A DNA stretch of 64,000 nt, taken from NCBI GenBank assembly GCA_021778515.1, contig JAJYCJ010000001.1:4396-68395 (forward strand). The letters run 5' to 3'. The notes beneath the pieces are model-generated. The model did not search any database, was not told where the DNA came from, and worked only from the letters and a program-made list of their open reading frames with translations. The DNA is from Acidobacteriota bacterium. Its GTDB lineage: Bacteria; Acidobacteriota; UBA4820; DSQY01. The translations under genes were made by a program, and so were the position numbers. Numbering within the stretch: position 1 is the stretch's first letter; each line of letters starts with the position of its first letter. Positions 7,703-16,857 of this stretch are shown piece by piece.

Positions 7703-10108
7703 ATGGAGCGCTCCCCGCTCTCCGCCATGGTGCTCGACGAAGAGGGACTCATCCTCTACGCCTCCCCCGGCGCGGCACGCCTATTCGGGCGCCCGGTGGA
7801 TGAGCTGCCGGGCCGGCGCTTCACCGATTTCCTACCGCCGGAGGACATCCTGGAGTGGATCCGCGTGACCGCGGAGGGCATCCCCGGCAGGTGCATCCGC
7901 CACCGGATCGTGGCGGCGGACCGCAAGCTGGTGGAGCTGGAGTCCACCCTCGCGGAAGCCGGCCCAGGCCAGGCAACCGCGCACGTCCTGGTCTTTTCGA
8001 GGGAGGCCCGGCCCTTGGCCGCGGCGCCCGGCGAGGGTCCGCAATGGCTCCTGAGCGCCATTGAGCAGTTGGAAGAGTCTGTCCTGATCACCGACCTCGA
8101 TGGCACCATCGAATACGTCAACGCCGCCTTCGAGCGGGTGACGGGCTACACGCGGCAGGAGGTCATCGGCAAGACCCCGAGGATCCTGAAGTCGGGCCAC
8201 CACGACGAGGCCCTGTACGACCAGCTCTGGCGGGCTCTGTTGACCGGCGATTCCTTCCGTGGGGTGATCATCAACCGGCGGAAGGACGGCACGCTCTACC
8301 ACGAGGAGAAGACCATCTCCCCGGTGCGGGACCGCTCGGGGGCCGTCCACCACTTCTTGGCCACGGGAGTGGACGTCACCCAGAGGCGGATCGCGGAGGA
8401 GCGGCTTGTTCAGGGGGCGGAGAGCTTCGCCCTCTCCATCCGGGGCGCCAACGACGGGCTCTGGGACTGGGATTTCCGCACCAACAAGCTCTCCCTCTCG
8501 CGCCGGTGGAAGGCCATGCTCGGCTACGACGACGACGACCTGGGCGACCGGCCCGACCATTGGTTCCGCCTGGTCCACCCCGACGATCTGGCCGAGCTGA
8601 AGAAGCGCATGCGCGCCCACGTGGAGGGCCGGGAAGCCCATTTCGAGTGCGAACACCGGATGCTCTGCAAGAGCGGGGAATACCGCTGGGTCCTCACCCG
8701 GGGCATGGCGGTCAGGGACGGCCGGGGCAAGACCTTCCGCATGGCCGGCTCGCAGACCGAGATCACCACCCGCAAGCTGGCCGAGGAGCAGCTCCAGCAC
8801 GACGCCCTCCACGATCCCCTCACCGGTCTGCCCAACCGCATCCTCTTCCTGGACCGGCTGGGGCTGGCCATGGCGAGAGCCCAGCGCTACGCGGAGTACC
8901 GGTTCGGCATCCTTTTCGTGGACCTGGACCGGTTCAAGCTCATCAACGACAGCATGGGCCACCTCTCGGGCGACGAACTCCTGATGGAGGTCTCCAACCG
9001 CCTGGTCCGCTGCCTGCGGTCCTCGGACACGGTGGCGCGGCTGGGAGGCGACGAGTTCGCCGTGCTCCTGGACAACATTCCCAACGTGGAGACGGCGGTG
9101 CGCTTCGCCGAGCGGATACAGGAGCAGATCGCCGAGCCCTGCCGGCTGAGCGGGCGCGAGGTGTACAGCAGCGGGAGCATCGGCGTCGCCTTCTGGGCGC
9201 CCCACTACGAGAGGCCCGACGAGATGATCCGGGACGCGGACACGGCCATGTACGAGGCCAAGCGCCAGGGGCGGGGCTGCCACGCGGTCTTCGACCACGC
9301 CATGCGCACGAAGGTTCTGCGGCTGCTCGAGATGGAGACGGACCTCCGCCAGGCGGTGGCGGACAAGCGCCTGGCCATGTTCTACCAGCCCATCGTGAAC
9401 CTGGGGTCGGGGAAACTCGTCGGCTTCGAGGCGCTCCTGAGGTGGCGGCACCCGGAGCACGGGGTGGTGACGCCGGGCGATTTCCTGGAGGTGGCCGAGG
9501 AGAACGGCCTGATCCTGCCCATCGGGCAGTTCACCATCCGGGAGGCGTCGCGGCACCTGCGGCTGTTGCAGGACCTGCGCCGCGGAGAGCCGCCCCTGGT
9601 CATGTGCATCAACCTCTCCACTTCGCAGTTCGCCCAGCGGGACCTTGCGGAGCAGCTCCGCCAGGCCGCCTCGGAATTCCGGCTCGATCCGAGCTGGCTG
9701 CGGCTGGAGATCACCGAGAGCACGCTCCTTCACCACAGCGACGTGGCGGACGCCACCCTCTCCCAGCTCAAGGCGCACAACCTGCGTCTCTGCGTCGACG
9801 ACTTCGGGACGGGCTACGCCTCGCTGAGCAACCTTCGCCGGTACCCCATCGATGCGGTAAAAATCGACCACTCCTTCGTGGGAACCATCTGCGAGGATGA
9901 GGGAAACCGCGACTTCGTCCGGACCACCATCGCCTTGGCGCAGACGCTCAAGTTGCAGGCGGTGGCCGTAGGCATCGAGAGGCCGGACCAGATCGAGATG
10001 CTGCGCTCCATGGGATGCCCGTACGGGCAGGGCTACTACTTCGCCCGGCCCATGGAGGAGGAGGACTCCGTGGCCTTCCTGCAGTCGTTTCCCGGCGCCC
10101 CTCACTAG
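7703..10108 (+). CDS. Sensory PAS/PAC-GGDEF-EAL protein (putative bifunctional diguanylate cyclase/phosphodiesterase)
   Basis: Three PAS/PAC-like repeats, GGDEF active site (RLGGDEFAVLL), EAL motifs (EALLRW, DDFGTGYASL); start set at MERSPLSAMVLDEEG, because the 42 aa upstream in the ORF are Arg/Cys-rich and not protein-like. Confidence 0.85.
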   Translation: MERSPLSAMVLDEEGLILYASPGAARLFGRPVDELPGRRFTDFLPPEDILEWIRVTAEGIPGRCIRHRIVAADRKLVELESTLAEAGPGQATAHVLVFSREARPLAAAPGEGPQWLLSAIEQLEESVLITDLDGTIEYVNAAFERVTGYTRQEVIGKTPRILKSGHHDEALYDQLWRALLTGDSFRGVIINRRKDGTLYHEEKTISPVRDRSGAVHHFLATGVDVTQRRIAEERLVQGAESFALSIRGANDGLWDWDFRTNKLSLSRRWKAMLGYDDDDLGDRPDHWFRLVHPDDLAELKKRMRAHVEGREAHFECEHRMLCKSGEYRWVLTRGMAVRDGRGKTFRMAGSQTEITTRKLAEEQLQHDALHDPLTGLPNRILFLDRLGLAMARAQRYAEYRFGILFVDLDRFKLINDSMGHLSGDELLMEVSNRLVRCLRSSDTVARLGGDEFAVLLDNIPNVETAVRFAERIQEQIAEPCRLSGREVYSSGSIGVAFWAPHYERPDEMIRDADTAMYEAKRQGRGCHAVFDHAMRTKVLRLLEMETDLRQAVADKRLAMFYQPIVNLGSGKLVGFEALLRWRHPEHGVVTPGDFLEVAEENGLILPIGQFTIREASRHLRLLQDLRRGEPPLVMCINLSTSQFAQRDLAEQLRQAASEFRLDPSWLRLEITESTLLHHSDVADATLSQLKAHNLRLCVDDFGTGYASLSNLRRYPIDAVKIDHSFVGTICEDEGNRDFVRTTIALAQTLKLQAVAVGIERPDQIEMLRSMGCPYGQGYYFARPMEEEDSVAFLQSFPGAPH

Positions 10109-10163
10109 AGCACAAGCACTCGCACGCCAGGGGCGAGCCGCACTCCGCCCCGGCCTGCCGCTC

Positions 10164-12878
10164 TCACATCGGCGCCCCCTCGGGGCTCACGAGTGCCGGC
10201 TCCGGAAATCCGGCCGCCCTGAGCTGCGGCAGAACCGCCGCCCTGTCGCCCACCAGCACCACCAGCAGCTTGCTCCAGTCGAAGAGCCCCGAGGACGCAA
10301 TCGCATTGACTCCGGAGAGATGCGCGCGGTCCAGTGCCGCGATCTCCCGTCCCACCGAATCCAGGGGGCGGCCCTCCGCGATGATCTCCCCGAGCGTGTC
10401 CGAAAGGCCCGAAGCGGTGGCCGCCGAGCTCACGAGGTCGAAGCGGACCGTCCGGGTGGCCTTCGCGAGCTCATCGGCGGTGACGTTGCCCGAGGCGATG
10501 GCGTCGAACTCGCGCTTGAACTCCGCCAGCGCCGCCCCCGTCACGGCGGTCTGAACCGACGACGAGGCTCCCAGCATGAATTGGTCGGCCTCCCGCCACA
10601 GGCTGCTGCGAGCGCCGTAGGAGTAGCCGTGCTTTTCACGGATGTTCTGCATGAGGCGGCTCGTGAAGGCGCCTCCGAAGAGGGTGTTGAGGCTGTCCCT
10701 CAGCGCCTCCCCATCGGGCCCGCCGGTAGCCTCCACCGGGCGCATCACGTAGAGGACCGTTTGGGGTGCCCCGGGGCGGTCCACCAGCACAAGCCTCCCG
10801 GGCGCCGGCTGGATCAGCGGTTCCAGAGGAGGCGGGAGGTTCTCGGCGGGAGGCCGCCAGCCGCCGAGGCGCCGGTCGAGGGCGGCCTTCAGCGCTTCAC
10901 ACTCGAAGTCTCCGACGAAGACGAGGCTCGCGCCGGCGGGACGGAGCAGGCGCGGCAGGCACTCTCTCACGTCTTTCAGCTCGATGGCCTGTACACTCGC
11001 CGCGTAGCCAGCCCGCGGACGCCCGCGGGGGTCGTCCCGGCCGAAGATCATGGCCCGCGACGCCATGACGGCCACGACCTCGGGCCGTTCCACCCTGGAT
11101 CGGATGCCGGCCAGGGCGAGCTCCTTCTCCCGCGAGAAGTCCTTCTCCGAGAGCGTGGGCCGGAGCACCGCGTCGGCGAAGAGATCGAGCGTGGGAGCGA
11201 GCTGGGAGGAGAGCCCGTCGACCCTCACGGTGAAGGCGTGCCAGCTGCTCCCCGCTTCGATGGACGCCCCGAGCGAGGCGGCGGCCTCGGCAAAGCCCTC
11301 GGCGTCCAGGGAGCCCGCGCCGTCGGTCAGGAGCGATGCGGTGAGGGCGGCGAGGCCGGCCTTCTCCTTGGTAACGAGCCTCTCCCCGCCGTCCACCACG
11401 AGCACTCCCGAGAAGAGGCCGGTCCCGGGGCGGCTCACCACGTAGAGCTTCATCCCGTTGGCGAGGGTCATGGCTTCTGGCACCGGGGGATGCACCGGGG
11501 CGGGCGGGAAATCGGCCGGGCGCCGGGAGAGGTCCGCGCCGGGGCTCGCCGCCCCCCCGGGCAGGATGCGCAGGTCCAGCCTGCCCTCCCCGAGCACCTT
11601 GCTGGCCCAGCTCTTCAGTGAATCGGCGCTCGCGGAGGTGGTGGCGGCGAGGTCGCGCCGGAAGCCGTCGGGATCGCCGAAGGCGTGGTAGTAGGCGTTG
11701 AGCATGTCCGCCCGCTCCTGCAGGTCTTCCACCCTCCGCAGAAAGTGCGACTGAGCCGAGGCCTTCACCCGCTTCAGCTCGGCCTCGCTCGGTCCCTCCC
11801 GTTTGTAGCGATCGATCTCCTCCAGGATGGTCCTCTTGATCCTCTCCAGGTCGGCCCCTTCGGCGGCCCGCACCTGCACCGTGAACTCGGAGCCGAGATC
11901 CCTGGAGTGCTGGTAGACCGCCACGCTCTGGGCGGTCCGGTCCTGAAGGACCAGCCTCTGGTACAGCCGGCCGGCGTTGTCGGCCGAGAGGATGGCGGCC
12001 GTCAGGTTCATCTCGGCGTCGCCTGGATCGAAGGCCCTGGGCGAGGGCCAGACCAGCCAGAGCATGGGGTAGCGGACCTTGTCCGTGGCCATGCGGCGGA
12101 TCTCCCGGTCCAGCACCACGGGGGCCGCCGAGCGGTGCTCGGGAAGCGGCTGGGCCGGCACCGCGCCGAAGGTCTCGGCGACGATCTTCTTCACGGCCGC
12201 CCGATCGAAGTCTCCGGCCACGACCAGGCTGGCGTTTCCCGGGACGTAATAGGCGGCGAAGAAGTCCTTGACGTCTTTCAAGGTGGCCGCCTCCAGGTCC
12301 TCGTGGCTCCCGATGACCGGGTGGTGGTAGGGGTGACCCTCTGGGTAGAGGGCCTCAGGGATCATGAGCCACGCCTTGGCGTACGGCTGGTTCTCGTAGC
12401 TCTGCCTGCGTTCGTTGCGGACCACGCTGCGCTGGAGGTCCAGCTTCTCCTGGGTCATGGCCTTGCCCAGGCCCTCCATGCGGTCCGCGTCCAGCCAGAG
12501 AAGAGTCGGAAGAAGGGTGCTCGGGCCCCAGCTGTAGTAATTGGTGCGGTCCTCGGCGGTGGAGGCGTTGTTGGCCCCGCCTCCGCCCTCCATGATCCGG
12601 TCGAACTGGCCCTGCGGCACCCGATCGGTGCCCATGAACATGAGGTGCTCGAAGAGGTGGGCGAAGCCCGTCCGGCCCTCCGCCTCGTCCTTGGCCCCCA
12701 CGGCGTACCAGAGGTTGACGGCCACCTGAGGCAGCCGGTGATCCTCATGGAGGATGACCGTGAGGCCGTTGGGCAGCGTGTAGGTCTCCGCCGGAACGTC
12801 CTGGGACCGAACCGGCAGGGCGATCCCCAGCACCACCATCACCAAGCCCGCGCAGAACAAGCCAAGGCGCTTGTGCAT
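10164..12878 (-). CDS. M16 family zinc peptidase (two fused M16 units, pitrilysin/PqqL-like), secreted
   Basis: Inverted zincin motif HLFEHLMFMGT...E; about 900 aa two-copy architecture; signal peptide MHKRLGLFCAGLVMVVLGIALP; RBS GGAGGAGGGGAAG before ATG at 12878. Confidence 0.85.
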   Translation of the reverse strand: MHKRLGLFCAGLVMVVLGIALPVRSQDVPAETYTLPNGLTVILHEDHRLPQVAVNLWYAVGAKDEAEGRTGFAHLFEHLMFMGTDRVPQGQFDRIMEGGGGANNASTAEDRTNYYSWGPSTLLPTLLWLDADRMEGLGKAMTQEKLDLQRSVVRNERRQSYENQPYAKAWLMIPEALYPEGHPYHHPVIGSHEDLEAATLKDVKDFFAAYYVPGNASLVVAGDFDRAAVKKIVAETFGAVPAQPLPEHRSAAPVVLDREIRRMATDKVRYPMLWLVWPSPRAFDPGDAEMNLTAAILSADNAGRLYQRLVLQDRTAQSVAVYQHSRDLGSEFTVQVRAAEGADLERIKRTILEEIDRYKREGPSEAELKRVKASAQSHFLRRVEDLQERADMLNAYYHAFGDPDGFRRDLAATTSASADSLKSWASKVLGEGRLDLRILPGGAASPGADLSRRPADFPPAPVHPPVPEAMTLANGMKLYVVSRPGTGLFSGVLVVDGGERLVTKEKAGLAALTASLLTDGAGSLDAEGFAEAAASLGASIEAGSSWHAFTVRVDGLSSQLAPTLDLFADAVLRPTLSEKDFSREKELALAGIRSRVERPEVVAVMASRAMIFGRDDPRGRPRAGYAASVQAIELKDVRECLPRLLRPAGASLVFVGDFECEALKAALDRRLGGWRPPAENLPPPLEPLIQPAPGRLVLVDRPGAPQTVLYVMRPVEATGGPDGEALRDSLNTLFGGAFTSRLMQNIREKHGYSYGARSSLWREADQFMLGASSSVQTAVTGAALAEFKREFDAIASGNVTADELAKATRTVRFDLVSSAATASGLSDTLGEIIAEGRPLDSVGREIAALDRAHLSGVNAIASSGLFDWSKLLVVLVGDRAAVLPQLRAAGFPEPALVSPEGAPM

Positions 12879-12998
12879 CTTCCCCTCCTCCCCTATCGGC
12901 ATGATGGGCATTCCCCCGTTTCCCGGGCCCCGAACCGGGACCAACCACCCCAGATGGCACGGCTACCCGGCGAGGGGCCGACCGCCTGGTTGAAGGCT

Positions 12999-13397
12999 TC
13001 ATACGGGACCGCGGCCTGCGGGGTTTATCCCCCCGATTCCCGCAGGCCCGATTTCTCGTTCGGCCGGCCGATCCTCCGGCGGCTGCAGAGCGATGCCCAG
13101 GGCATCCAGCTTGCGCGCCATCCCCTCCGGGGTGTTGAGCGTGTGGACCGCGGTTCCGTCCTCCCGCTCGTAGGCGATGAGGCCTCCGCCCTCCAAGAAC
13201 GCCACGGCCACCCCGTCGCGCAGGCCGGGCACGGTGACGCGAAGGACCCCCACACCCTCTCCCGCCAGCTCCTCCACCGTCAGCCTGCGGGGCCCTCCCG
13301 CGAGCACGAAGCGCCCAGGGCAGTGGCGGATGGGCCGCCAGGGCCACGACGCCAGGAGTTCCCGAACGCTCCGACCCGGCTCTCTGACCTCGGCCAC
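12999..13397 (-). CDS. Hypothetical protein (132 aa), translationally coupled to the upstream metallophosphoesterase
   Basis: GTG start 8 nt after the phosphoesterase stop, with GAAGGAG embedded in the upstream C-terminal codons; high GC3; no recognisable family. Confidence 0.45.
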   Translation of the reverse strand: MAEVREPGRSVRELLASWPWRPIRHCPGRFVLAGGPRRLTVEELAGEGVGVLRVTVPGLRDGVAVAFLEGGGLIAYEREDGTAVHTLNTPEGMARKLDALGIALQPPEDRPAEREIGPAGIGGINPAGRGPV

Positions 13398-13404
13398 GGG
13401 CCCG

Positions 13405-13875
13405 TCACTCCTTCAGTACCACCAGCCGGTGGCTCACCCGCCCACCCTCCACCGTCAGGACGGCCGCCGAGACGGGCAGGGAAAAGCGGCGAGGGCCGGC
13501 GCTCCCGGGGTTGAGGTGGAGGACACCGCGCCGCACCTCGGCCGATGGGCGGTGCGAGTGGCCGGAGACGATCACCCCCACGCCCGCGGCGGCAGGGTCC
13601 AGGTCCAGATCACCGATGTCGTGGATCAGGTAGATCAGCACACCCTCGACCTCGACGGCGTCGGTGAGGGGAAGGCCCTCGGCCCACTCTCCCCCGTCCA
13701 CGTTGCCGCGGACGGCCCGCACCGGCGCCATCGCCCCGAGCCCTTCCAGCACCGCGGGCGAGCCGACGTCCCCGGCGTGCAGGATGAGGCGGCTCCCCCG
13801 CATGGCCTCCAGGGCCTCCGGCCTCAGCAGGCCGTGGGTGTCGGAGAGGACTCCGATCCTGATCTTGCTTCCCAT
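13405..13875 (-). CDS. Metallophosphoesterase, YfcE/MJ0936 family
   Basis: MGSKIRIGVLSDTHG...ILHAGDVG...RGNVD...VSGHSHRP: calcineurin-like phosphoesterase motifs; start chosen at MGSKIRIG (the ORF finder extends 103 aa upstream with G/R-rich sequence). Confidence 0.8.
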   Translation of the reverse strand: MGSKIRIGVLSDTHGLLRPEALEAMRGSRLILHAGDVGSPAVLEGLGAMAPVRAVRGNVDGGEWAEGLPLTDAVEVEGVLIYLIHDIGDLDLDPAAAGVGVIVSGHSHRPSAEVRRGVLHLNPGSAGPRRFSLPVSAAVLTVEGGRVSHRLVVLKE

Positions 13876-14130
13876 GAACACCGCCTCGCCTTGGAGTTCA
13901 TCCCTTCCCCGTTCTTCAGGGGCCGGGTGGTCCGAGGCAGATTGTATCAGCACCACCGGCCGCGCGGCGCCCGAGGTTGTTCGGAAGGAGTCGAATAGTC
14001 CCGGCGCAAACGGGGTTAAAAGGTAGAGAGCGGGCCATCGTCCTGCCGCCCGAGGAGGAGTTCCCTGGACCCGATCGAAGCGCTGCTCAACCGTCTCATC
14101 GACTACGCCGGCCTCTTTCCGCCCGCCGGA

Positions 14131-14420
14131 TTGACCATGGCCGATGCCGTGTCGAACTACGCGGCCTACCTCCGCGGCCCTCATGCCTGGATGCTGGGCC
14201 GGTTCGTCGTTCCCGCGGCCCGCCTGCGGGAGCTGGAGGCCGCAGTGGCGGGACTGACGTCCGCTGAAAGCGCCGCTGTGTGGCGGTTGTGCGTGCTGGC
14301 CTCCCCGCCGTGGGAGGATGCATCCCGGAGAATTGGCGCCCTGGGCCCCGAGGAAGGTCAGCCACTCCGCCTTCTCGCGGTGGAGGCCGTGGACATAAGG
14401 GTGGAGCGGCCCGGAGGAGG
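14131..14420 (+). CDS. Hypothetical protein, 5' segment (frame 1); appears frameshifted into, or interrupted before, the downstream ORF
   Basis: High-GC3 protein-like reading (MADAVSNYAAYLRGPHAWMLGRFVVPAARLRELEAAV...) that becomes G/R/P-rich nonsense after about 14420 without a stop; frame 2 becomes the coding frame at 14423. Confidence 0.3.
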
Positions 14421-14422
14421 TA

Positions 14423-14959
14423 ATGACGGCGAGGGAGGCCTTTGCGCTAACGCCGGAGTTCTACGTGGAACCTCCCCTCCACGCTTCGCCGGAGCCTTTC
14501 CTGACGGCCATGGCGGCGGCCGGGGTGCGCGCCAAGATCCGCACCGGTGGAGTCTCTCCCGACCAGATCTCCGGAGCCGAGTCCCTCGTCTGGTTCATGA
14601 CGGCGGCCCGATCCGCCGGCGTCTCCTTCAAAGCCACGGCTGGCCTGCATCATGCGCTCCGCTCCGTGCGGCCCCTCACTTACGGACCCGACGCCCCCAC
14701 GGGATTGGTGCACGGCTTCCTCAACCTGTTCCTGGCCGCCGCGCTCATCCGAAGCCTCGACGCGGGAGCCGCGGAGGCCCTCCGCCTCATCGAGGAGCGG
14801 TCCTCCTCCGTCCTCCGCCTGGATTCCCGGGGAGTCTCCTGGTCAGGCCGCCGATTGGGTTCCGAGGAGCTCGCTCTTGGCCGGACCTTTGCCCTGTCCT
14901 TCGGCTCCTGCTCCTTCCTGGAGCCGGTGGCTGACCTGAAGGAGATGCGATGGCTGTGA
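14423..14959 (+). CDS. Hypothetical protein (178 aa), overlapping the fahA start by 10 nt
   Basis: ATG preceded by GGAGGAGG; protein-like composition (MTAREAFALTPEFYVEPPLHASPEPFLTAMAAAG...); the stop overlaps the fumarylacetoacetase start. Confidence 0.6.
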   Translation: MTAREAFALTPEFYVEPPLHASPEPFLTAMAAAGVRAKIRTGGVSPDQISGAESLVWFMTAARSAGVSFKATAGLHHALRSVRPLTYGPDAPTGLVHGFLNLFLAAALIRSLDAGAAEALRLIEERSSSVLRLDSRGVSWSGRRLGSEELALGRTFALSFGSCSFLEPVADLKEMRWL

Positions 14960-16290
14960 TTCGGATTGACGAGACCCACCGTCCTGATCTGCGCTCCTTC
15001 GTGGCGTCGGCCAATGAGGCCGGCTCCGACTTCCCAATCCAGAACCTTCCCTTCGGGGTCTTCAGGCGCCGGGGCTCGACCGGCGCCCCCAGGATCGGGG
15101 TCGCCATCGGGAACGAGATCCTGGACCTGTCCGCCTGCGCCGCCCTCGGGCTCCTCGATCCCGCGGGGCCCGCCGTGGCGGCCGCCTGCCTCGCGCCCGC
15201 CCTCAATCCCCTCATGGCCCTCGGCCGGGAAGCCTGGCGCGGCCTCCGCCTCGCGCTCAGCCACCTCCTCGCCGAGGATTCACCCGCCGTCCGCAGGGAT
15301 CCCGGGCTGAGGGAGCGGATCCTCCTGCCCATGACCGAGGCGGATCTCCTCCTGCCTGCCCAGGTGGGCGACTACACCGACTTCTACGCCTCCCTGCACC
15401 ATGCAACCAACGTGGGCAGTATGTTCCGGCCCGACAACCCCCTCCTGCCCAACTACAAACACGTACCCATCGGCTATCACGGCCGGGCCTCCTCGCTGGT
15501 GCCGAGCGGGACGCCCGTGCCCCGCCCCTCGGGACAAATCCTGCCGGAGGGCGCCTCCTCCCCCCGGTTCGAGCCCACGAGGCAGATGGATTACGAATGC
15601 GAGGTGGGTGCCTTCGTCGGAGCGGGCAACGTGCTGGGCCACCCCATCCCGCTCGCGGAGGCCGAGGAGCACCTCTTCGGCCTCTGTCTGGTGAACGACT
15701 GGTCCGCCCGGGACGTGCAGAGATGGGAGTATCAGCCCCTCGGGCCCTTCCTCGCCAAGAGCTTCGCCACGAGTCTCTCTCCCTGGGTTGTGACTTTCGA
15801 CGCCCTGGCCCCCTTCAGGGCTCCGCCTTCCGCGCGGGGGGAAGGCGATCCCCCTCTTCTTCCTTACCTGGACGCCGAGGAGGACCGGCTGAACGGCGCC
15901 ATCGACCTGACCGTGGAGGTCCACCTGAGCACGCGGCGGATGAGGGAGTCGGGAGCGGCACCCGTCAGGCTCAGCCGAGGCCGGTTCAGGGAGTTGTATT
16001 GGACCATGGCGCAGATGCTGGCCCACCACGCGAGCAACGGGTGCAACCTGAGGCCTGGCGACCTCCTGGCCAGCGGCACCCTTTCCGGCCCGGAACGGGA
16101 GAACCGCGGCTGCCTTCTGGAGCTGACCTGGCGGGGACGGGAGCCCGTCCCGCTTCCCACGGGGGAGAGCCGCACCTTCCTGGAGGACGGCGACGCGGTG
16201 ACCTTGCGGGGCGCCTGCGAACGGGAGGGTTTCGCGCGCATCGGCTTCGGCGAGTGCACGGGTACGATCGTCGCCGGTCAGACCCGTTGA
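14950..16290 (+). CDS. fahA: Fumarylacetoacetase (fumarylacetoacetate hydrolase, eukaryote-type, with N-terminal domain)
   Basis: 446 aa; FAH N-terminal domain plus catalytic domain with conserved motifs (YTDFYAS, HVPIGYHGRASS, DYECEVGAFVG, FGLCLVNDWSARD, LASGT.SGPE); RBS GAAGGAG before ATG. Confidence 0.85.
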   Translation: MAVIRIDETHRPDLRSFVASANEAGSDFPIQNLPFGVFRRRGSTGAPRIGVAIGNEILDLSACAALGLLDPAGPAVAAACLAPALNPLMALGREAWRGLRLALSHLLAEDSPAVRRDPGLRERILLPMTEADLLLPAQVGDYTDFYASLHHATNVGSMFRPDNPLLPNYKHVPIGYHGRASSLVPSGTPVPRPSGQILPEGASSPRFEPTRQMDYECEVGAFVGAGNVLGHPIPLAEAEEHLFGLCLVNDWSARDVQRWEYQPLGPFLAKSFATSLSPWVVTFDALAPFRAPPSARGEGDPPLLPYLDAEEDRLNGAIDLTVEVHLSTRRMRESGAAPVRLSRGRFRELYWTMAQMLAHHASNGCNLRPGDLLASGTLSGPERENRGCLLELTWRGREPVPLPTGESRTFLEDGDAVTLRGACEREGFARIGFGECTGTIVAGQTR

Positions 16291-16303
16291 GCCGGGAGCG
16301 GTC

Positions 16304-16741
16304 TCAGCCCCCCGGGGTTGCGCCGATGGGCTGGTCGTGTGTGACGGGGACGAAGGTGAAGGACAGGACCTCGCGCTCCTCCGCCAACGTGCTGAAGGTC
16401 AGGATGGCGTCCACGTATCCCTTCTCGAAGGTGCAGAGCACGTGGATGCGCCAATGCTCGCCCTCCAGGTCAGCGGCCGTATAGCGGCGGCCCTGGAACC
16501 GGCCGTATTTCCGCGTGAGATCGCCCCACCGCCGCTTGAGCTGCTCCACCGTGGCATCGCCGCGCTGATTGGCGGGAAGGCACTGGGCCGCCCTGAAGAA
16601 ATCCCCCGCCGCAAGAAGGTCCACAAAGTTGAGGGCCGCGTCGTAGGGCGCGTCCCCGAAGACGCCCGGAGCGGGCGGGAGCTGACTCGCCGCCGGAAGA
16701 GCAATCAAAAGCAGAATACCGAGACACCACCACCACCTCAC
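16304..16741 (-). CDS. Secreted hypothetical protein (145 aa) with signal peptide
   Basis: MRWWWCLGILLLIALPAASQ signal peptide; balanced composition; lies downstream of serC on the same strand. Confidence 0.6.
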   Translation of the reverse strand: MRWWWCLGILLLIALPAASQLPPAPGVFGDAPYDAALNFVDLLAAGDFFRAAQCLPANQRGDATVEQLKRRWGDLTRKYGRFQGRRYTAADLEGEHWRIHVLCTFEKGYVDAILTFSTLAEEREVLSFTFVPVTHDQPIGATPGG

Positions 16742-16857
16742 GTTCGGACTCCTTCTCTCGTTTCAACGTAATCCCCGGTGGGGCGTGCGGCAAGGGCCAG
16801 GAAAGGAAAAGGCCGCCCGCGCGGTTCAGCGGGCGGCCAAGGCATTCGTGAGCGGTA

